DNA of 39,732 nucleotides from Polymyxa betae A26-41 (Eukaryota; Protista; Endomyxa: Phytomyxea): NCBI GenBank assembly GCA_003693705.1, contig RBZT01000987.1, positions 1 to 39,732 of the forward strand, read 5' to 3'. Shown piece by piece: positions 38,211 to 39,732 of this stretch (position 1 is its first letter; each line of letters starts with the position of its first letter). The notes under the pieces were generated by a model. It saw only the letters and a program-made list of their open reading frames with translations, ran no database searches and was not told where the DNA came from. The position numbers and the translations under genes were made by a program.

Positions 38211-39432
38211 GCAAATGCTTTCTTCATGTTCGTCCGTCGCATCCAACGTATTGCACTCCTGATCTTGAGCCTACGCAGCAGTGTCACTTGAAACACGAAC
38301 GATATCATCTCGATCCCGATGCATATTCCAATCATAGAGCTAGCGGTTTCGTCAGATCGCGATAATGTACACCTGCCGTGTGAGTCATCGTACCAGGACG
38401 CCACGTGATCGTGATGCCTTTATTTTTGTCATTAATAGAAGCGATTATACTTACCGCAACTCCGTGACCCTGCTTTTTTCTACGTTTGCCCTGCCAATTG
38501 GACCCCGAAAATTCGCAGGTGTTCAAGAGGCAGAAATTCGTAGGAAAATGCGTGGTTACGCATTTTTGCTATTAGGGGTTTGTCAGATAATTACGTAACG
38601 AACGTTGTAGGCAGAATAGTGGAATGAATGTATTGATCCGATAATAAATCACCAGGGCCCAATCTTTGGTCGGACCGATCATCTCCGTTCCGATCGCCGA
38701 TAGTCCGTGACCTTAAACTTTAGCGTGGTCTGCTATATATCCAGCACACCGCCTTCTCCAAGAACAAGTTCCAGTGACGAGAATGAACTTGGGTTATGAA
38801 TATTATAAAATAAAGAATTGATTGAGTTACGAAGCACCAGTAAAACCTACAGGACTACCCGCTGCCATCGGTATAAATACAAGTAGGAAAAAAGATCTAC
38901 TTCCTCAATTCCGCACTGTCGATGGAGGTAAAATATCCGTGCGGATAAATGGAATTACAGGGTGATTTGGGTTATTTTTCATAAATTCCAGTATGAGAGC
39001 ATCTCCACCGGTACGCTGTAAATTCGACGGTATATCTCCGGTTTTGCGTCTTGAATTGAGGCTACGGCAAATAGTTTGGCGCGTTAAGAAAGAATCGATT
39101 GCGAGATGAGTTTTCTCTATGTCGCAACCTTTCCATTTCAGTGATATGATAAATATCTTTATGCATATTAGTTAGGCTTTCAATTAATTTATTGGTAGCC
39201 TGTGATATAACATCAGATTCCACCTCAATTGGACTAATAGTTCCAATTTCTGGATGAAAGAAGATCGAATCGAGTGGGTTGTCAGCTGATAAACCAGTCA
39301 TGACTGTAATAGGTGTGCTACCCCCCAAGCGCTGTTGCGGCCTATGATTTACCGTAAACCCCGTAGAGCTGCCCCCCCGGATAGCTGGCCCCCATCGGAA
39401 CATTTGGCCACGGACAATAATTCCATTACACG

Positions 39433-39644
39433 ATGGTAGCAATCGGAGATGGAGAAATTGTAGGCATTAATGCTAATACAAATGGCCGCTCCTGCGAGTC
39501 TCATAACTTTTGTGGCTCTTACATTTGTTCCGGCGACCTAGTTCACTTCAAGCCGGTGGTTGTCGACTTTGATGTCATGATGTCAGAATAGAGCTATTTC
39601 TATATCGTTACAATCAGGAGGACGCGCCGGTGCAGAATGCATAG
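39433..39644 (+). pseudogene. Truncated fragment of a Cys/His-motif protein, possibly transposon-associated
   Basis: MVAIGDGEIVGINANTNGRSCESHNFCGSYICSGDLVHFKPVVVDFD|EDAPVQNA* carries an EIVG...GRSC..H..CG motif and stops prematurely. The family assignment rests on recall only. Confidence 0.4.
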
Positions 39645-39732
39645 TTTAAAAAGCCGCCAAAACTCATGGTAAAAAGTTTCCCGTAAACCTAGCCTGTAGC
39701 AAATTATTACTTTTGTGTCAATATTTGTAGAA

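Noticed and set aside
37908-38291. 127-aa plus-strand ORF
   Set aside because: Antisense shadow of the GCR1_C remnant.
38996-39012. GAGCATCTCCA motif resembling a Harbinger/Tourist TIR (similar motif near 1082)
   Set aside because: I found no inverted partner, and the motif is too short to support an element.

Overview
This is eukaryotic genomic DNA, gene-dense, with many short (~45-60 nt) GT-AG introns, so the ORF track shows only exon fragments. The style fits a compact protist genome such as a plasmodiophorid/Rhizarian, but that is inference only. Manual splicing gives, left to right: the 5' end of an LTR retrotransposon (210-bp LTR plus gag start), a POT1-like telomere protein, an EF-hand/ankyrin glutaminase, a hypothetical gene, a zf-UBP deubiquitinase, NDUFA1, TSG101/VPS23, PHO88/SND3, a hypothetical gene, intronless UTP6, a hypothetical gene, STOML2, a decayed PIF/Harbinger transposase, a 7TM-RGS protein, a DEK_C/acidic chromatin protein, UBA52, a 25-aa RPL41, a P4-ATPase flippase and a secreted tandem bulb-type lectin. 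The last ~3.4 kb is transposon debris: two TA-flanked MITEs, a ~55-bp tandem repeat, a Crypton-type GCR1_C remnant and other fragments. I found no clearly new multi-gene system. The best leads are the LTR element without a tRNA primer site, the atypical POT1 architecture, the 7TM-RGS with a split RGS box, and the degenerate B-lectin effector candidate. Coordinates of spliced genes are outer bounds, and several start codons are uncertain.
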